Positions 52,201 through 64,000 of a DNA stretch of 64,000 nucleotides are shown one piece after another. Both the position numbers and the translations under genes were made by a program. A model generated the notes under the pieces. It had not been told where the DNA came from. It saw only the letters and a list, made by a program, of their open reading frames with translations, and ran no database searches. Source of the DNA: Tubiluchus corallicola. Taxonomy: Eukaryota; Animalia; Priapulida. Position 1 is the first letter of the stretch. Each line of letters begins with the position of its first letter. The DNA lies in the NCBI GenBank assembly GCA_030141605.1, contig JAQGDQ010000168.1:124001-188000 (forward strand), written 5' to 3'.

Positions 52201-55200
52201 TTTGCTTAATAAGTTACTTTTCTGAGTCTTCAAAATTCAGAATTCGTAAAGTTTTCACATTTTTTAAAACGCTTCCAAAAAGGCTAGACATTTTTTGCAC
52301 AATTCTTCTTTTTGTTCCCTTGTTCCCTTGATATTTTAGTCATGCCAGTTTCTGTCATTTGTGTCAGATGTGGATGCCAAACATCTACACAGATATTTAT
52401 GCTACTGGACCATCATGCACTGCAGACGAAACCACAAAGAGAATGTTGCTGCTGCATGCAGACACTGCTTTGGACTTGGAGAAACATTTCAGGGAGATAT
52501 GTGTTAAAAAACAAGGGTATGTTTTAATGTGCATTTTAGTACTGTCTAGTTATTTAAATCCGTTGGTTAGCTGTCAGCTGCTCATTTTATTTCCGCATTA
52601 GTTGTTGTAATTTAGTGGGAAGTGAGCTATCGGAGCACCTAGATGGATTTTTAAGGAGGGTGCTGCTAGGATAGTGATAGACTCTGTGAGCATGTCTGTA
52701 TGCTTCAGACGGATGCATCTTTTTGGAGATGCTGTACCGCACTTGCATCGTCTTTGAGTATCGATGGCCTTATCAATAGATAGACACAACAGCCAGGTGG
52801 TCAGCAGTAAAATGCAGAGATTTTCGAAAGGTCAGGGCTTCAATTAAAGAAAGGGCACTCCCTTAAAACTGCAGTGTCCTGTAAGTTATATTTACTATCC
52901 ACATGCAGAAAATTAAAGTAATGTAGTAATTGTTCTTAAATCCTGTAGTGTTGGTGCCTTGTGTTGCAGTTGTTGGGCAGAAGACCTGGTTTTAAATTTC
53001 AAACTCTACAATTTCCACATTATTTAATATATAGACTTGTGAATTTTGCAAGGTTTTTGTCATGTATTATACTTTCAGTCTACAAGATATTATGTTTGCT
53101 AACTACACTCATATCTCGGTTTGCTGGACAAAAGCGTGGAGACGTCAGTTCAAATTTCCTGATTGTCTGTATTTACCGATACTAAGTTAATACAGTAGTG
53201 GCTATGTATTAGACTCGCGCTAATGTAGAATCAATTGCCTAATTGTCTCAAAAACTTCCAGTATGGGTCGCTCCTGACATACAAGCTGCACATGTGTCAT
53301 TACACACTGTTTGATGGCACTGATGTAATGATGTAAACAAAGTGACAGCCCTCCAACTAGCAGTCAGCTTGTGAAACAAAGGACAGTGTCTGTAATCTGC
53401 TGGACTTTTAACGATCTAGATTTTGTCCAGTTTTTCCAATATCCATATATGATTGTACATTTCAATGTAAGGTTAAAATTGGTTATACTTGGGAGCTGGT
53501 TGTATTACCTGGGGACCATTTGCCTACAAACACAAAGTTGCTTTTTACAGACCAAAAGATTTAATTCGGGCACAAACAGCTTACCAACTATGGCAAAATA
53601 CTTTCAGTTACAAAAACTTTAATATATTTTAGAACGAACAAAATTGATCTATCATTAAGAGATGTCATACCATTTTTAATTATTGCATTTTATGAATTTT
53701 GTCTTTCAAAAGAACCAAAGGGCTATGCTTTTATATTGGCTTTGCTTTTATAGTTCGGGTTAGAAATGCTCCCTGTACTCACCTATGTATAAAAAAGATT
53801 GCTGGTATGTTAGATCTTAAGTAATAGAAAGAAGGCACAATTAAATTTCTTTGGAGGCTTTTGCCTTTTATGTGCCTTTGCATAAAATTCTTATCTGCTT
53901 TTATTTGCTTATGAGCTTTCAGAGTGTAGCATTCTCTCTTAGTATTTTTGTGAAAGTCCCGAAGAGGCTTTGCCCCTAGGAAGCCTTATACCCCATCCTA
54001 CCATAAAACTGTTTTCTGCACCAGTACAGAGTTAAATAAAACCTTTGTATTAAAGCAGTAGCTCTGGACATCATAATAAATAAATATATATATATATATA
54101 TATTCTATGTGAAAAAGGTACTGTACAATATTAGTAAGGAAATAATAGTAAGCCTGAGTTACCATACAATAACAATCTTCAGAAGCGATTGTGTACTTAT
54201 ACTTAAGATGGCAGTTTTAACTAATGTACATATTGCAGCAACGGTGAAAATACCACAGTGAATGATACTGTAAGCAAGGCACAAGAAATTGGATTGGGAA
54301 AAGGATATCAAATGGAAAAATAGGAAAAACGAATGGCTCCTATATCTTTTTATCACTGTGATATATTTACCTGTATTATTTTTACTTACATTTGTAATAA
54401 GCAAAAATAAGCCAGTGGGTTCTTATCATTTGAACTTCTTTGAATAGCGATTCAATATTAATAGAATAAATTGTCGAAACAAATTTGCTCAAGCCATCGC
54501 CCCTGCGCATGCATATGCCTGGTGATAAGGTTGTAAATATGTTCTTGAGTATTGCAAATTATTAGTAGCTTCATCATAATAAAATTATGTAGTATATCTG
54601 AATTGTCATTAAGGATTAATTTGAGAAAAAGTTATATAGTCTTTACTGTGTTTAAGGTGATTTGAAGCTGTTGATCTATATGATTAGTATATATCAATTT
54701 TACTTTGTTTTGAAATGGTAGTTTGTGAGATGTGGTTGTATTTTACAACTGTATAAATCAGTTTGCAATGAGGAACTGAGTTTTCTTTGCAACATATTAC
54801 TCTGGTTTGTCCAGGTAAATGTTCTAAGAGTACTTTGAATTGCTAGGAACAAAATCTGGGCTGTGCAGGAATAAGAGAGCATTCCAAAACCAAAAGTGTA
54901 GTTATTCTTTTGCCTAAAGCAGTAAAGTGGAATGAATAATCAAGAATGATACGTACGACCATATACATTCAAGTTTATTTAACTGTGTGAGAAAAATGCA
55001 TAGTGCCATGTATATATGTATGCCATGTTAGGGAGTACAACTTTTGAGCTCTTATTATGTTTTGCCCTGTTGACTTGTGTTTGCACAACTAAACACATAA
55101 ACAAATAAATTAATTTAATTTAAATTCATCTGTTTGTCTTACAGTTGCATGTCAGGTGTGATGATGCCCCCTATTACTGGCGAACAAGCAAACAAGTATT

Positions 55201-57582
55201 GCATAAAATATTCAATGAGTCGGATCTGGAGGCTGGGTAGAGCTGTTTTTCAAGCGAGAGCCGAAAAAAGAGACCCTGTGGAAGCCATCATGAAACTGGA
55301 AAATGCTATTGTCCTAATAATCGGAAAGGTTCATGTTTAGCCTCTTCATACCAAGTGGATATACTTTGCCACATTATTACTTTATTTGCATTTATTTTTT
55401 ATTACAGTTACTGTATACCATATTTACTCGTTTTACCGCCCTTGCTTAATTACGAATCCACCCAAATAAGCGCCCCAGAAAACAGGATAAAAAATAATAA
55501 ATGCATGTGTTTAAATAGCCGCCTGGTGCAGACTGGTGTATTAAAAATTTGCATCAATATCAGCTCGGTACAGAATTTTGCTGTAACTTCTGCAATTGGC
55601 ATGTTATGCACGTTTGTTTATTAAGCGCCCTAATATGCCTGTCTGTTTTTGTAAAGAGAAAACACATGTTTAACAAACATCATAATGCACACTATCTAAG
55701 CGATGAGTAGTCATTAACAGGTGAAACATACAAACTGCTGAAAGATCTCTAGCAGCTAGCTTCAGCTTGATGCAAAGCACTGTGGATAAGTGACAGACAC
55801 AGCAACAGATTACATTTTGCATGTATGGGAATATGCTGTGCTGCTACATAACTGGGGTATGTAAGGAGTAAAGGGGTTAACAAGTAATAAGCACCGACGC
55901 TTGAATATGTCGTTGTTTGAATAACAGCCCAGTAATTTGTTTGGTCTAAAAAATAATTTCTCGAGCTCTAAAATGTGTAAATATGACAGAATGTTTAATT
56001 TTCACTCATGTTCAGAATATTTTTCAAACTCGTTTTAAGCTCATTTTAGTGCATTTTAGCTAATTTAGTGTCTTTTCCTTTATCACCTGTTTCAGTTTTT
56101 GTTTTAGATTGTCAGTTTTAGTGGAAAATTTGTAGTACACCAATATTGCAATAATATTGTGGTATTCACATTTTGCAAGAAGCATGTTTCACACCTTTAG
56201 CAAGAATTTCATTCCATCTTTGCTTTTAAGCAAAAAGACTTATTCTTTTGTGGAATTACTTGAAAAAGAATATATGATATTAGACGAGATGGCACTGCAT
56301 GGTTGAATATATGCAGTTGATTTTAAGTAGCACGTAATCTATCAAGCAATATTTTAATTATTAAAGGACCTTATTAGGCAAACTGTGAACTTATGATTAC
56401 TAGGTATTGATTTTAATTGATATCATCATATTCATCGTCACTGAATGCCTGATATGGCTGTTTTACTAGGAATTAATAATGTAAAAAGGAATCTATCTTT
56501 CAGACAGGCAATTATGAATTATGAATTACAAGTTTATTATAAACCTCATACACCTCTTTCTGGGCATCATAATTACTGATAGTACATATACAACAGCGGT
56601 GGCGAGCAGCATTACAAACATGCAGAGTTAATATTCTCTATTTAAAATAGCACTTGTAGCAAGCAAGCACTTGTATTAACACAGTAAAGTACTTAGGATT
56701 ACTAAGCCACCAGTTTGGCAGCACCACTTCAGTTATAGAGGTACAAAGCTGTTAATTGTTGTGGTAACAGCACTTTGTCTTGTTTTTCCAGATCACTGAT
56801 GTAAAGAGAATGATAACTGGTGGTTTCAGCCGAGGATATGTTGTCTTGGAGGGATTGATGGAGCACAGCGGAAAATGCCTGCAGATTGACTTTCAGAATG
56901 AGTTTCTCATTGCCAAGATGAAGCAGCGTGATGGAAGCTTGAAGGTGTGGATGGTGGATTTTATTGAATTCAGAGATCATTTTATTTGTTTTCTTTAATA
57001 TGGTTAATACAGAGTCTGAGAATAATGAATTGTTGACTGTAACAATGAGATGATGACGAGGATGACGAAGACGGTGACGAAGACGATGATGATGATAGTA
57101 ATTTTGCTTTTCTTGCTGTTTCATTCATAAGGATAAGATTGATAATTGGTTTTCTTGCCTGTAATTAGTAATAGCAATTCTTATAGTGATGATAATATAA
57201 GAAGCAAAATGCATGTGGAACAAAGATTGTCTCATTTCTATGAATTAGCTAATGCAAAAATATCACTTTCGTGTTGCAATAGATTGATTGAATCCATGTT
57301 TAAAGTCAGTGAAATTTTTTGTTGTGCTTGTAGCCTGTGGTTTGTTGTCCGGACCTAATAATGATGCTTGATACCGACAGTGGTGAACCGGTCACGACGG
57401 ATGACCTTCGATATGGACTACGGGTCACTGTGCTTGCCTCTTCCTCCCATCCACTCACCAGAACACCCGAAGCTTTTGCTGTCGTGGGAGTTAATGGTTT
57501 TGGTTATGAGAATGTAGAGTATGTTCCAGTTCCTCGAGATTACGCTGAATATGATTCTGTCATTGATGAGTTTGGACACTGA
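40202..57582 (+). CDS. Hydantoinase/oxoprolinase (Hydantoinase_A) - DUF917 fusion protein, ~1019-1020 aa
   Basis: Exons 40202-40379, 40547-40722, 41443-41619, 42851-43068, 44258-44438, 44606-44689, 45198-45413, 45842-45952, 46456-46614, 46927-47032, 47207-47338, 47906-48113, [49631-49791 or 49823-49980], 51166-51386, 52368-52516, 55145-55328, 56792-56944, 57334-57582 sum to 3060 or 3063 nt in frame. Motifs GVDVGGTNTDAV, HIGTTHFINA, ERENAAILN, DIGGTSTDVG, GLGGGS, VANAVGAA. DUF917 motifs GAGILGVGGGG, MGAP..EKL, EIGGVN, DGDGLGRAWPELQ, FQNE, PDLI, LRYG. Confidence 0.92.
41975..42620. mobile_element. MITE-like element with long imperfect inverted arms
   Basis: About 42038-42106 (GTATTGCTCAGTCA..CCTCAGTATTGAGTGTGGAAGCCTTG) is the inverse of about 42504-42560 (CAAGGTTCCCACACTAAATATTGAGG..TGATTGAGCAGTAC). 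Starts TA-CAGGGTG. Confidence 0.6.
43200..43470 (+). mobile_element. LINE extreme 3' fragment
   Basis: LWNSQPVEVKRIKSLTEFK, matching the LWNSLP..FK C-terminus of CR1/L2-like ORF2. Confidence 0.5.
48912..48960 (+). pseudogene. 5S rRNA-derived fragment (SINE-like)
   Basis: GAAGTTAAACAACATCAAGGCCTGGTCAGTGAGTGGATGAGTGACTGC resembles the 5S internal A-box to C-box region GAAGTTAAGCA...GCCTGGTTAGTACTTGGATGGGTGACCGC. Confidence 0.45.
49183..49243. repeat. (TA)n(TAGA)n microsatellite
   Basis: Directly visible. Confidence 0.95.
49631..49791 (+). CDS. Alternative exon 13A of the hydantoinase-DUF917 gene
   Basis: ttcacag acceptor, gtaagt donor, open frame SVSLSELVAGVMMMGAPLVFIEKLFNNFETSSAFDAVRQCMCLG, phase 2 in and phase 1 out, 161 nt. 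Confidence 0.75.
49823..49980 (+). CDS. Alternative exon 13B of the hydantoinase-DUF917 gene
   Basis: tttctttag acceptor, gtaagt donor, open frame RIATDGLIACVAMMGAPLVLVEKLISNRESGAAFESVRQLLCSG, phase 2 in and phase 1 out, 158 nt. Confidence 0.85.
50611..50760 (+). pseudogene. Decayed third copy (13C) of the alternative exon
   Basis: High similarity to 13A (CATTGAAAAGCTG..AACAATTTTGAAACCAGTTCTGCATT..ATGTGCTTAGGTG). Retains the gtaagt donor but has an in-frame TGA and a deletion removing the AP codons. Confidence 0.8.
55415..55990. mobile_element. Degenerate Tc1/pogo-type MITE remnant
   Basis: TACCATATTTACTCG head, repeated TAAGCGCCC motifs, and a weakly inverted tail GTGTAAATATGACA. Confidence 0.35.
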
Positions 57583-57814
57583 ATCAGGTGGTGCAGTTTT
57601 ATGACAGTGATTGTGGATTTAACTTGACAGTACTTGGTCCACTCTGCGATCTTATTGTATGTATTATGAGAATGTAGAGTATGTTTCGGTTCCTAGAGAT
57701 TACACTGAATATGATTCTGTCATTGATGAGTTTGGACACTGAATCAGGTGGTGCAGTTTTATGACAGTGATTGTGGATTTAACTTGACAGTACTTGGTCC
57801 ACTCTGGGATCTTA
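57504..57814 (+). repeat. Tandem duplication (period 160 bp) spanning the last 25 codons, stop and proximal 3' UTR of the hydantoinase-DUF917 gene
   Basis: 57504-57654 is repeated at 57664-57814 with only a few substitutions. Confidence 0.95.
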
Positions 57815-59484
57815 GGGTATCTAATCTATCTTATCTATGATAGTTGATCAATAAAAGAATTAATGGTGTTGTGTTTTATGGTTGTTCATTGTGGACAAAG
57901 CAAAAGAATTGATGTTAAAGCACTTGTTTATAGTATAGTTATGTGTTTTTGGTTTATTTTTATAATTGTTATGGATATATAGAATTAATTGTGGAATAAA
58001 CTAATTTTCTTTGTAGCTGATCTAATTATGAAATTGATTTCTGTGGTATAATTACAAGAAAACTTTACTTCATGAAGTGCATCCTGTAGTATAGTAGTAT
58101 CATCAATCACTCTGTGGTCTCAGTATCTTGATATTTGCTGAACTGTCTAAAGACTTATTGTCATGTGATGCGTAGATATGTGTCTTACGTCATATATACT
58201 TATCTTTATAGTGAACCACTATAAGAAGTGTAATTATGTATGTAGAAGCAAAGGAAAGTTTCTTTCAGGAATGAATGTAAGAAGCATAATTATACACATG
58301 TATAGAAGCAAAGCAAAGTTTCAACTCAGGCATAATTGTTATGTAGATCTGCTTAATTTTTTGTACAAGTAAAGTACCTCCAAAACACGTCTATCTACAA
58401 AATTTCGATAGTCTTTCTTATTTTGTGATTTCATATTATTTTGGGATTTGTGTTAATTTTTACTGCTCTCGTATCTGTAATTGTTAAATTTTATTCTTAA
58501 TAAATATACTATAAATTGAGCGTATTATGAAATTAGTGAGAATTTTCATGTATTTAACAAGTGCCATCACTTTAGCCTTTTATGTGTCAATTCATAATAC
58601 ATTACTATAAGTAATATTAGTTCCTGGACTTCAAATGCTTCTTTAATAATTTGTCTAACTGATCGGAGTTACTTAAGATTTTTCTCACTTGAGATTAAAG
58701 TGTCTTCTGGAATGGCTGTCGTCAGAAAATGGCATTCGTGAGCCCACTTATCTAGCTGATTTTATTTTCATGCTGTTTTTTTGTAATCATGTTTAATTAC
58801 ATCAAGTTGATGCTCTTTCCCCCATTTTGTATTGTTTAGTTTTTACTACTTTTACATCTGTAAATTGCTTGTTATTTTTGATAAATAAATTCTATAAATT
58901 GTTAGTTACGCATTGAATCTAGTCAGAATTTTCTTATGTTTAAAATAGTAACGTTATTTTAATTCTAAAATAAAATATATACTGCTTACATAAATGTAAC
59001 TTGCAACATAGATGAAACGTAGTTCACTTAACGACGATACTGTCATTATCAATAACATCATTTTCATCGTAACTGCTATTATCATCATTTTCTTTACCAT
59101 TAAAATTACCATCATTCGCTATTATTGTCACCATCCGCATCACTTCAGCTGTTCAGCGCTGCTGCCGATCAGCTCTCTATAACATTCCAAGAAGAAATCA
59201 CTTCGTCTCACAATTCTACACACTTAGAGAAGAATAGTCGGGAAACGAACAAACAATCAGTATTCAAAGATGAAAAATACTTTGCATCGTAAATATCTTC
59301 TAAATTTATTAGTTGATCGATGAAATGGACGGTACCTTTATAAACCCTGCTTTTTAGAGTTATTAACAAATCGGGCTTGCTTTTCATTTTCATTTCAATT
59401 TTAAAATGTTTCACAGAACAATGCTGAACTAGCTGGTCAGTTATAAGAGACGCACTTTTTTGAACTCGCGATAGCTTGGGAATA

Positions 59485-59550
59485 TGGTATTTTAGTGGTA
59501 GTGGTGTCTGCCTTGCTCAGCAGTAGGTCCCTTGCTCAAACCCAAGCTGT
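59485..59550 (+). pseudogene. tRNA-derived (SINE-head-like) degenerate sequence
   Basis: TAGTGGTAGTGGTGTCTGCCTTGCTCAGCAGTAGGTCCCTTGCTCAAACCC has A-box-like and B-box-like motifs at tRNA spacing. No intact acceptor stem. Confidence 0.35.
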
Positions 59551-60336
59551 GTTCCAACTTTTCTGGGTTTCCCGTTTTTCAGAGTTTGATTTCAACGTTT
59601 AATTAATTGTGGAGTTCTCACCCACTATTAGCAATAATTTTGATGCTAGACTTTAATATAATTAGTGCCGTAGTACACTGATGCGTTATTATTTTGACTT
59701 CGCTTCAAAGTTGTGATTTGACGTACACCAGTAAACTTGAAGCTTGCCCCTTTTCTCCAAATAAACAATATCGTATTTAGGCATTTGCATTTTTTTTAGT
59801 TAATAGTAATGGTCAGTTAATTACTATCGAACATGACTGGGAGTTTTTTCAATCTTTGACTGGAAGACTTTGAGACGAATCATCTTAAGGGAAGACCGAT
59901 ATTATAAATCACTCTTAGATAAATTACTAAAAACTAATGTGTAATTTCCTCTAGTAAATTATCCCAAGGTGACAAGGGATGTAGAAGAGGTGTGGATTTC
60001 TCTTTTGAACCTTTATTTTGTGGTGTGTACGCTGTTAGTTTTTATGTCGCAGGTATTGATTTCATCACTCGGGTAACATTAGACTGGTTATTTTCTTGTT
60101 GCTTGGTATCCACTGGAGAATCAATACTAAATTGAGTGTCTCCACCTTGTCCCGTACCTCATAAATACTAGTTTACATAATAGGAAGCTGACTACATGTA
60201 TTGCATTTTGCAGTACATCGTGAACTGGTTCTTGAACTGTAGCTTCTTATAAGTTATGCATTGTGTGAAAAAAATGACAATAAAGTTTGCAATGCTCTGG
60301 TCTGCGAAAAGTCTTTGAGTTGCAGTTTGCTCAACA

Positions 60337-60787
60337 ATGAACCAGACAAAATACAAAAAGGACGCGTCTAAATTTGACGAAAGACCTCTGGCACAAGGCC
60401 GATACAATCAAGTAAAACCAAAAATTAAACCGCAGAAACCAGCGTCGAGTAAACGCGAGAACAGATGGGTGCGTTCTAAGAAGTATGCCACCGTCCAGCA
60501 GAAGAATGCCAAGACAGGCAAAAAAGGTCTCGGAGGAACTATTAAACCCGCAATTGAGCAGCCGGACTTTACGAATTCCAAGACCCAGCATGATCTGATG
60601 TTGATCGGCAGTGACGGGAAGAAATTGTACGCCCACAAAGCTGTGCTGTCGCTGTGGTCGGAGCATTTCCGGGATTTGTTTGCCATTGACGACATGAAGC
60701 AGCTGAAACTAGAGGATGCCAAGGGAGCTCATCTGATTGAGATGTTGAATGTGATCTATCCACCTGATTTGGAATCAGACGTAAATG
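60337..60787 (+). CDS. BTB/POZ-domain protein, first coding exon (downstream exons not found in window)
   Basis: HDLMLIGSDGKKLYAHKAVLSLWSEHFRDLF...LIEMLNVIYPP is a typical BTB fold, preceded by a basic N-terminal extension. Probable donor G|gtgcgt after 60787. Confidence 0.85.
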
Positions 60788-62000
60788 GTGCGTTTTTTAC
60801 CAGCTGTTGTATGCTTTAATTCGTCACTAAGGTCACGCCGCGTTCATTTAGGTAGCATTTGTCATCCCAAACCCGCAATAATATTGGACGACTCTTAGGA
60901 GTTGTTTCTAGACCGCAACAGTTATTCTGAGTGGATTAGCATTTTTGCTTTGAGTAGATTTTTGTTGCTTTTTTGTTTGATATTATTTTTTGCTATATGA
61001 ATTTCATTAATTTTTTGCTTGATGTATGCCTTGTTATGCTTTGAATTGCATTTCTGCTTTTGAGTTGATTTTTGTTGTTTTTGCCTTTTATATATACACA
61101 AACACCTAAAAATGTCATGAGCCTGTGAGTAAACTTGTATTTTTAATAAGGGGCAGCTGACCAAGTGACCAATAGGTCTTTCGCTGCTCCTTCTGAGCTG
61201 CAATGAAATGTAAAAATAATTATGACGAATTTTAACTGCTACTGAGAAAATAAAATTGAATTGAAGTGATTGAATTGAACAGTGAGTGTCCCAGGTCAAT
61301 TTAACGGAAGTCAGTCGAGGAGGATTTTATCAGCACTGTTCTATTTTTTCTACTTCTTATTTGTCTATCCATCTAGCTTTGATAATGATAGTGCTTTTTG
61401 ATGTCCTATTTGCATGATACTTTGTGACTGTTTAAAGGTCAGTTGCTAAACATGCTACGATAACATTGGAATTGGCTGATGTTAATATTACCGAACCTAT
61501 CGGTCACACTAGACGTCTGCTTTAGATGATATAAGAGTTGGTAGAAACAAATGTCAATAAAAAGGAAAGGTCAAAATTATTTACTTTTGCACTGACAAGC
61601 GCCAATAGAAAGTCAGTCGTAAAGGTCAAGCTCATTTTGCTTTCAAGAGGGTAAAGACAAGCATCAAAGCCTCTATTGATGACTGTCGATTTAACATATC
61701 TAGAGTTGCAAAGATGATATTAGCCAGAATAATATAACCTAGACTATCTAGTGCTGCAAAGATCGCCCATCTTTCAACACTGACCTGCACTAGAAATTAT
61801 GTACTTGTAAGTTTTGCGCTAAGCTGAAGGGACATATAATAAGCTTTCCAATAACCCAATAATGATAGGCTACTAATGCATCTGAAATAAAATAATACAC
61901 TTAGAAGAGCAAAGCACCAACTCAGTGACAGAACTAATTGCACAGCTACTGTCAACAATTGCATATTTGGGCCTGTTCTTCACTGACTGGTGAAGCTTCA

Positions 62001-62041
62001 GTGTAACGTTTCAGGTTTTAACTCCACCTATCTTCAGACTA
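62001..62041 (-). ncRNA. Minimal hammerhead ribozyme-like motif
   Basis: Minus strand AGT-CTGAAGA-T-AGGT(GGAGTTAAA)ACCT-GAAAC-GTTAC-ACT. Confidence 0.45.
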
Positions 62042-62382
62042 TAAATCAAATTAATTTATAAGTAACTTGAAATGATAATAGAATTAAGCTTATTAGTGAT
62101 AAAACAACGAAATGTTGAGCTGATGGGTAGATATCTGTGTGTAGTATAGCAGAAGCTATCTTTGATTGTATTAAATATTGATAAGAACCACATTTTATAA
62201 GAATGTAAGTAAAATATCTACTTAATAAATTTCATTCGGATGCAACAACATCGTGTACATTTTTCTTCAAAGAATATTATACATATTTCAATAAACAATT
62301 AGTAATTAGACGTAAAAAGAATAAATAATTTCTCAGATTCAGCTGTAAGTTTCAAATGCTGACTTGAATTTCAAACCTTGAC

Positions 62383-63190
62383 AGGGTAGACGTGTCTTCC
62401 AGAAGAAAAAAGTTTTTATGAGAAAAAGAAATTTTACAGAAATTATTTTTGCCAGAAAAATTTATCTATTCCTAGAAAAGTTTTCGCCGGAAAAAAATTG
62501 CACAGATAACTTTTTGTGCCAGAAAAATCTTCCGAAAAAGAGATTTTTGAGGATGCCACTTCCTAAAATTGTTCCCCAAAACCATTATTTCATAGAACGT
62601 AGAAATTAAGTTCAGAGAAAATGTAATCCTTTTTAAAGCTCAGTTAGACATCACGCAAAAGGAACACATGATGAAAATGTTGTAGATTATTCTAATTACG
62701 TGTATTGATAGATATGGACCATATGATAAAAAATTTGGTCAGCGCTTGTTAAGGCAAAAAGTAGATTTGTAACGTCAGAACGATTAGGTAGCTAACTAAG
62801 GTAGAAAAAGTTGAAATAACTTCTTCAATGTTTTGTTTCACTCTGGATGAATCTTAGCAGTGTATGCCACTGAAGAAAATGAATAGAGTAATAAACCTAA
62901 AAATGCAGATTTCGCTGATGAAACTTAGCGCACTTGTTCATTTTGGGACGAGCAGAGTACCTAAGCGGTTATGGTGTGTGCTTGGCTAAAAAGGTAATCA
63001 ATGCCGGACCTGGCAACTGATTGGTTGGGTGACAACTCATAAGCACTTTCTTTCTTTGCGGTGCCGAAATATTTCGTTCATTTAGTGAAGATGTACAGAG
63101 AGGAAAATGGAGGGCAGAGAGAGAGAGAGGGAAGAGAGAGAGAAAAAGGTGGAGAGGGAGAAAAAGAGGACGAAAGAGGAATAGAGTGTG

Positions 63191-63249
<59 letters not shown>

Positions 63250-63504
63250 GGAGAAAAAGATAGAGGAGAGAAAGGGAGTGGTTGAAGAAATGGCGACGAA
63301 AGGAGAGAGAGCAGTAGGAAGGGAGTGGAATAGAGAAAAAGGCAAAGAGTTATGGAGAAATTGAAGGCTTTATCCTGCTAAAATAGCAAATCTTACAACT
63401 AAAAACCTGATAGTTGCCTTTTAAGGCAACTATCATTTTTCTTCCTTTCTAGAAAATGGTTTTCCACATAAAATATTTTCTGGAAAACACGTTTTCTGAG
63501 AACC
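62383..63504. mobile_element. Degenerate DNA-transposon/MITE-like element with CAGAAA-rich imperfect inverted ends
   Basis: Head GGGT.GACGTGTCTTCCAGAAG..TTTTATGAGAAAA versus reverse-complemented tail GGGTTCTCAGAAAACGTGTTTTCCAGAAAATATTTTATGTGGAAAA. Confidence 0.45.
63115..63275. repeat. GA-rich purine tract with (GA)n microsatellite
   Basis: Directly visible. Confidence 0.95.
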
Positions 63505-64000
63505 CTTTACTTTTGAGGTCGGTGCTTTTGACTCTGTAAAAACTCGTGCTGACCTCTATATTTTTAATCGTTTGCTGTGTCCCTGTGATCTATTGCAAAC
63601 AACTATTGCAGTCTTTAACCTTGTGCAATTATTAAACCAATTTTCGTCATGTAAGTTAATATATTGCTCTAGAAATACTTATGTAAGGACATTATTTGTA
63701 ACTAATTATATTTGTTTAGTCTATAACTAATTCGACGGAAAAGCTCATAATAAATAAGAATAACACGAGATATCATCTAATTTGCGTACACCCGGGTGGT
63801 ACGCAAAAAACTAAGAGCCCAACCAGTACATCTTCCACCAGTTTAAATTGAATATAAACAAATAATAAAAAAAGATCGGCAAGCTTTATTTTTTGCTAGC
63901 TGCTTAAAATTTCTGTCTCTTTTGTGACCTGTTTTGAACTGTAGGGGAAAGTTAGGCGGGTCGATACAATAATCCCTCTAACAAAAGCATAGTTTCTGTT

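Noticed and set aside
56729-57124. Minus-strand ORF with His/Arg-rich start
   Set aside because: Derived from a (GAT/GAC)n tract and the antisense of a DUF917 exon.
40202-57582. Bacterial contamination or recent horizontal transfer of the hydantoinase-DUF917 gene
   Set aside because: It has 17 spliceosomal introns, several containing host repeats, and sits among animal-type genes.
59485-59550. Functional tRNA gene
   Set aside because: The B-box is degenerate and there is no proper acceptor stem. Kept only as a tRNA-derived remnant.
61400-61950. Possible Penelope RT remnant on the minus strand
   Set aside because: Only a weak FATLD-like similarity, too degraded to call by eye.

Overview
AT-rich, intron-containing eukaryotic DNA, most likely from an invertebrate animal; the species cannot be identified from the sequence. 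Five spliced protein-coding genes can be built by hand: an ammonium transporter (Amt, +, at least 11 coding exons), a flavin-containing monooxygenase (-, 2 exons), a rhodopsin-class peptide-receptor-like GPCR (-, 2 exons), a ~1020-aa hydantoinase/oxoprolinase-DUF917 fusion (+, 18 exons per isoform), and the first exon of a BTB-domain gene (+). Introns and intergenic DNA carry two near-identical non-autonomous pogo-like transposons, decayed LINEs, a Penelope-like remnant with inverted hammerhead-ribozyme-bearing termini, HINE-like and MITE-like repeats, and microsatellites. The most striking observation is a cluster of three tandem paralogous exons in the DUF917 domain. Two are intact, share splice phases and lie only 31 nt apart; the third is decayed. 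This is the signature of mutually exclusive splicing that would swap the conserved MGAP..EKL segment of a poorly characterised enzyme. All gene models and family assignments come from reading the sequence by eye; no searches were run.
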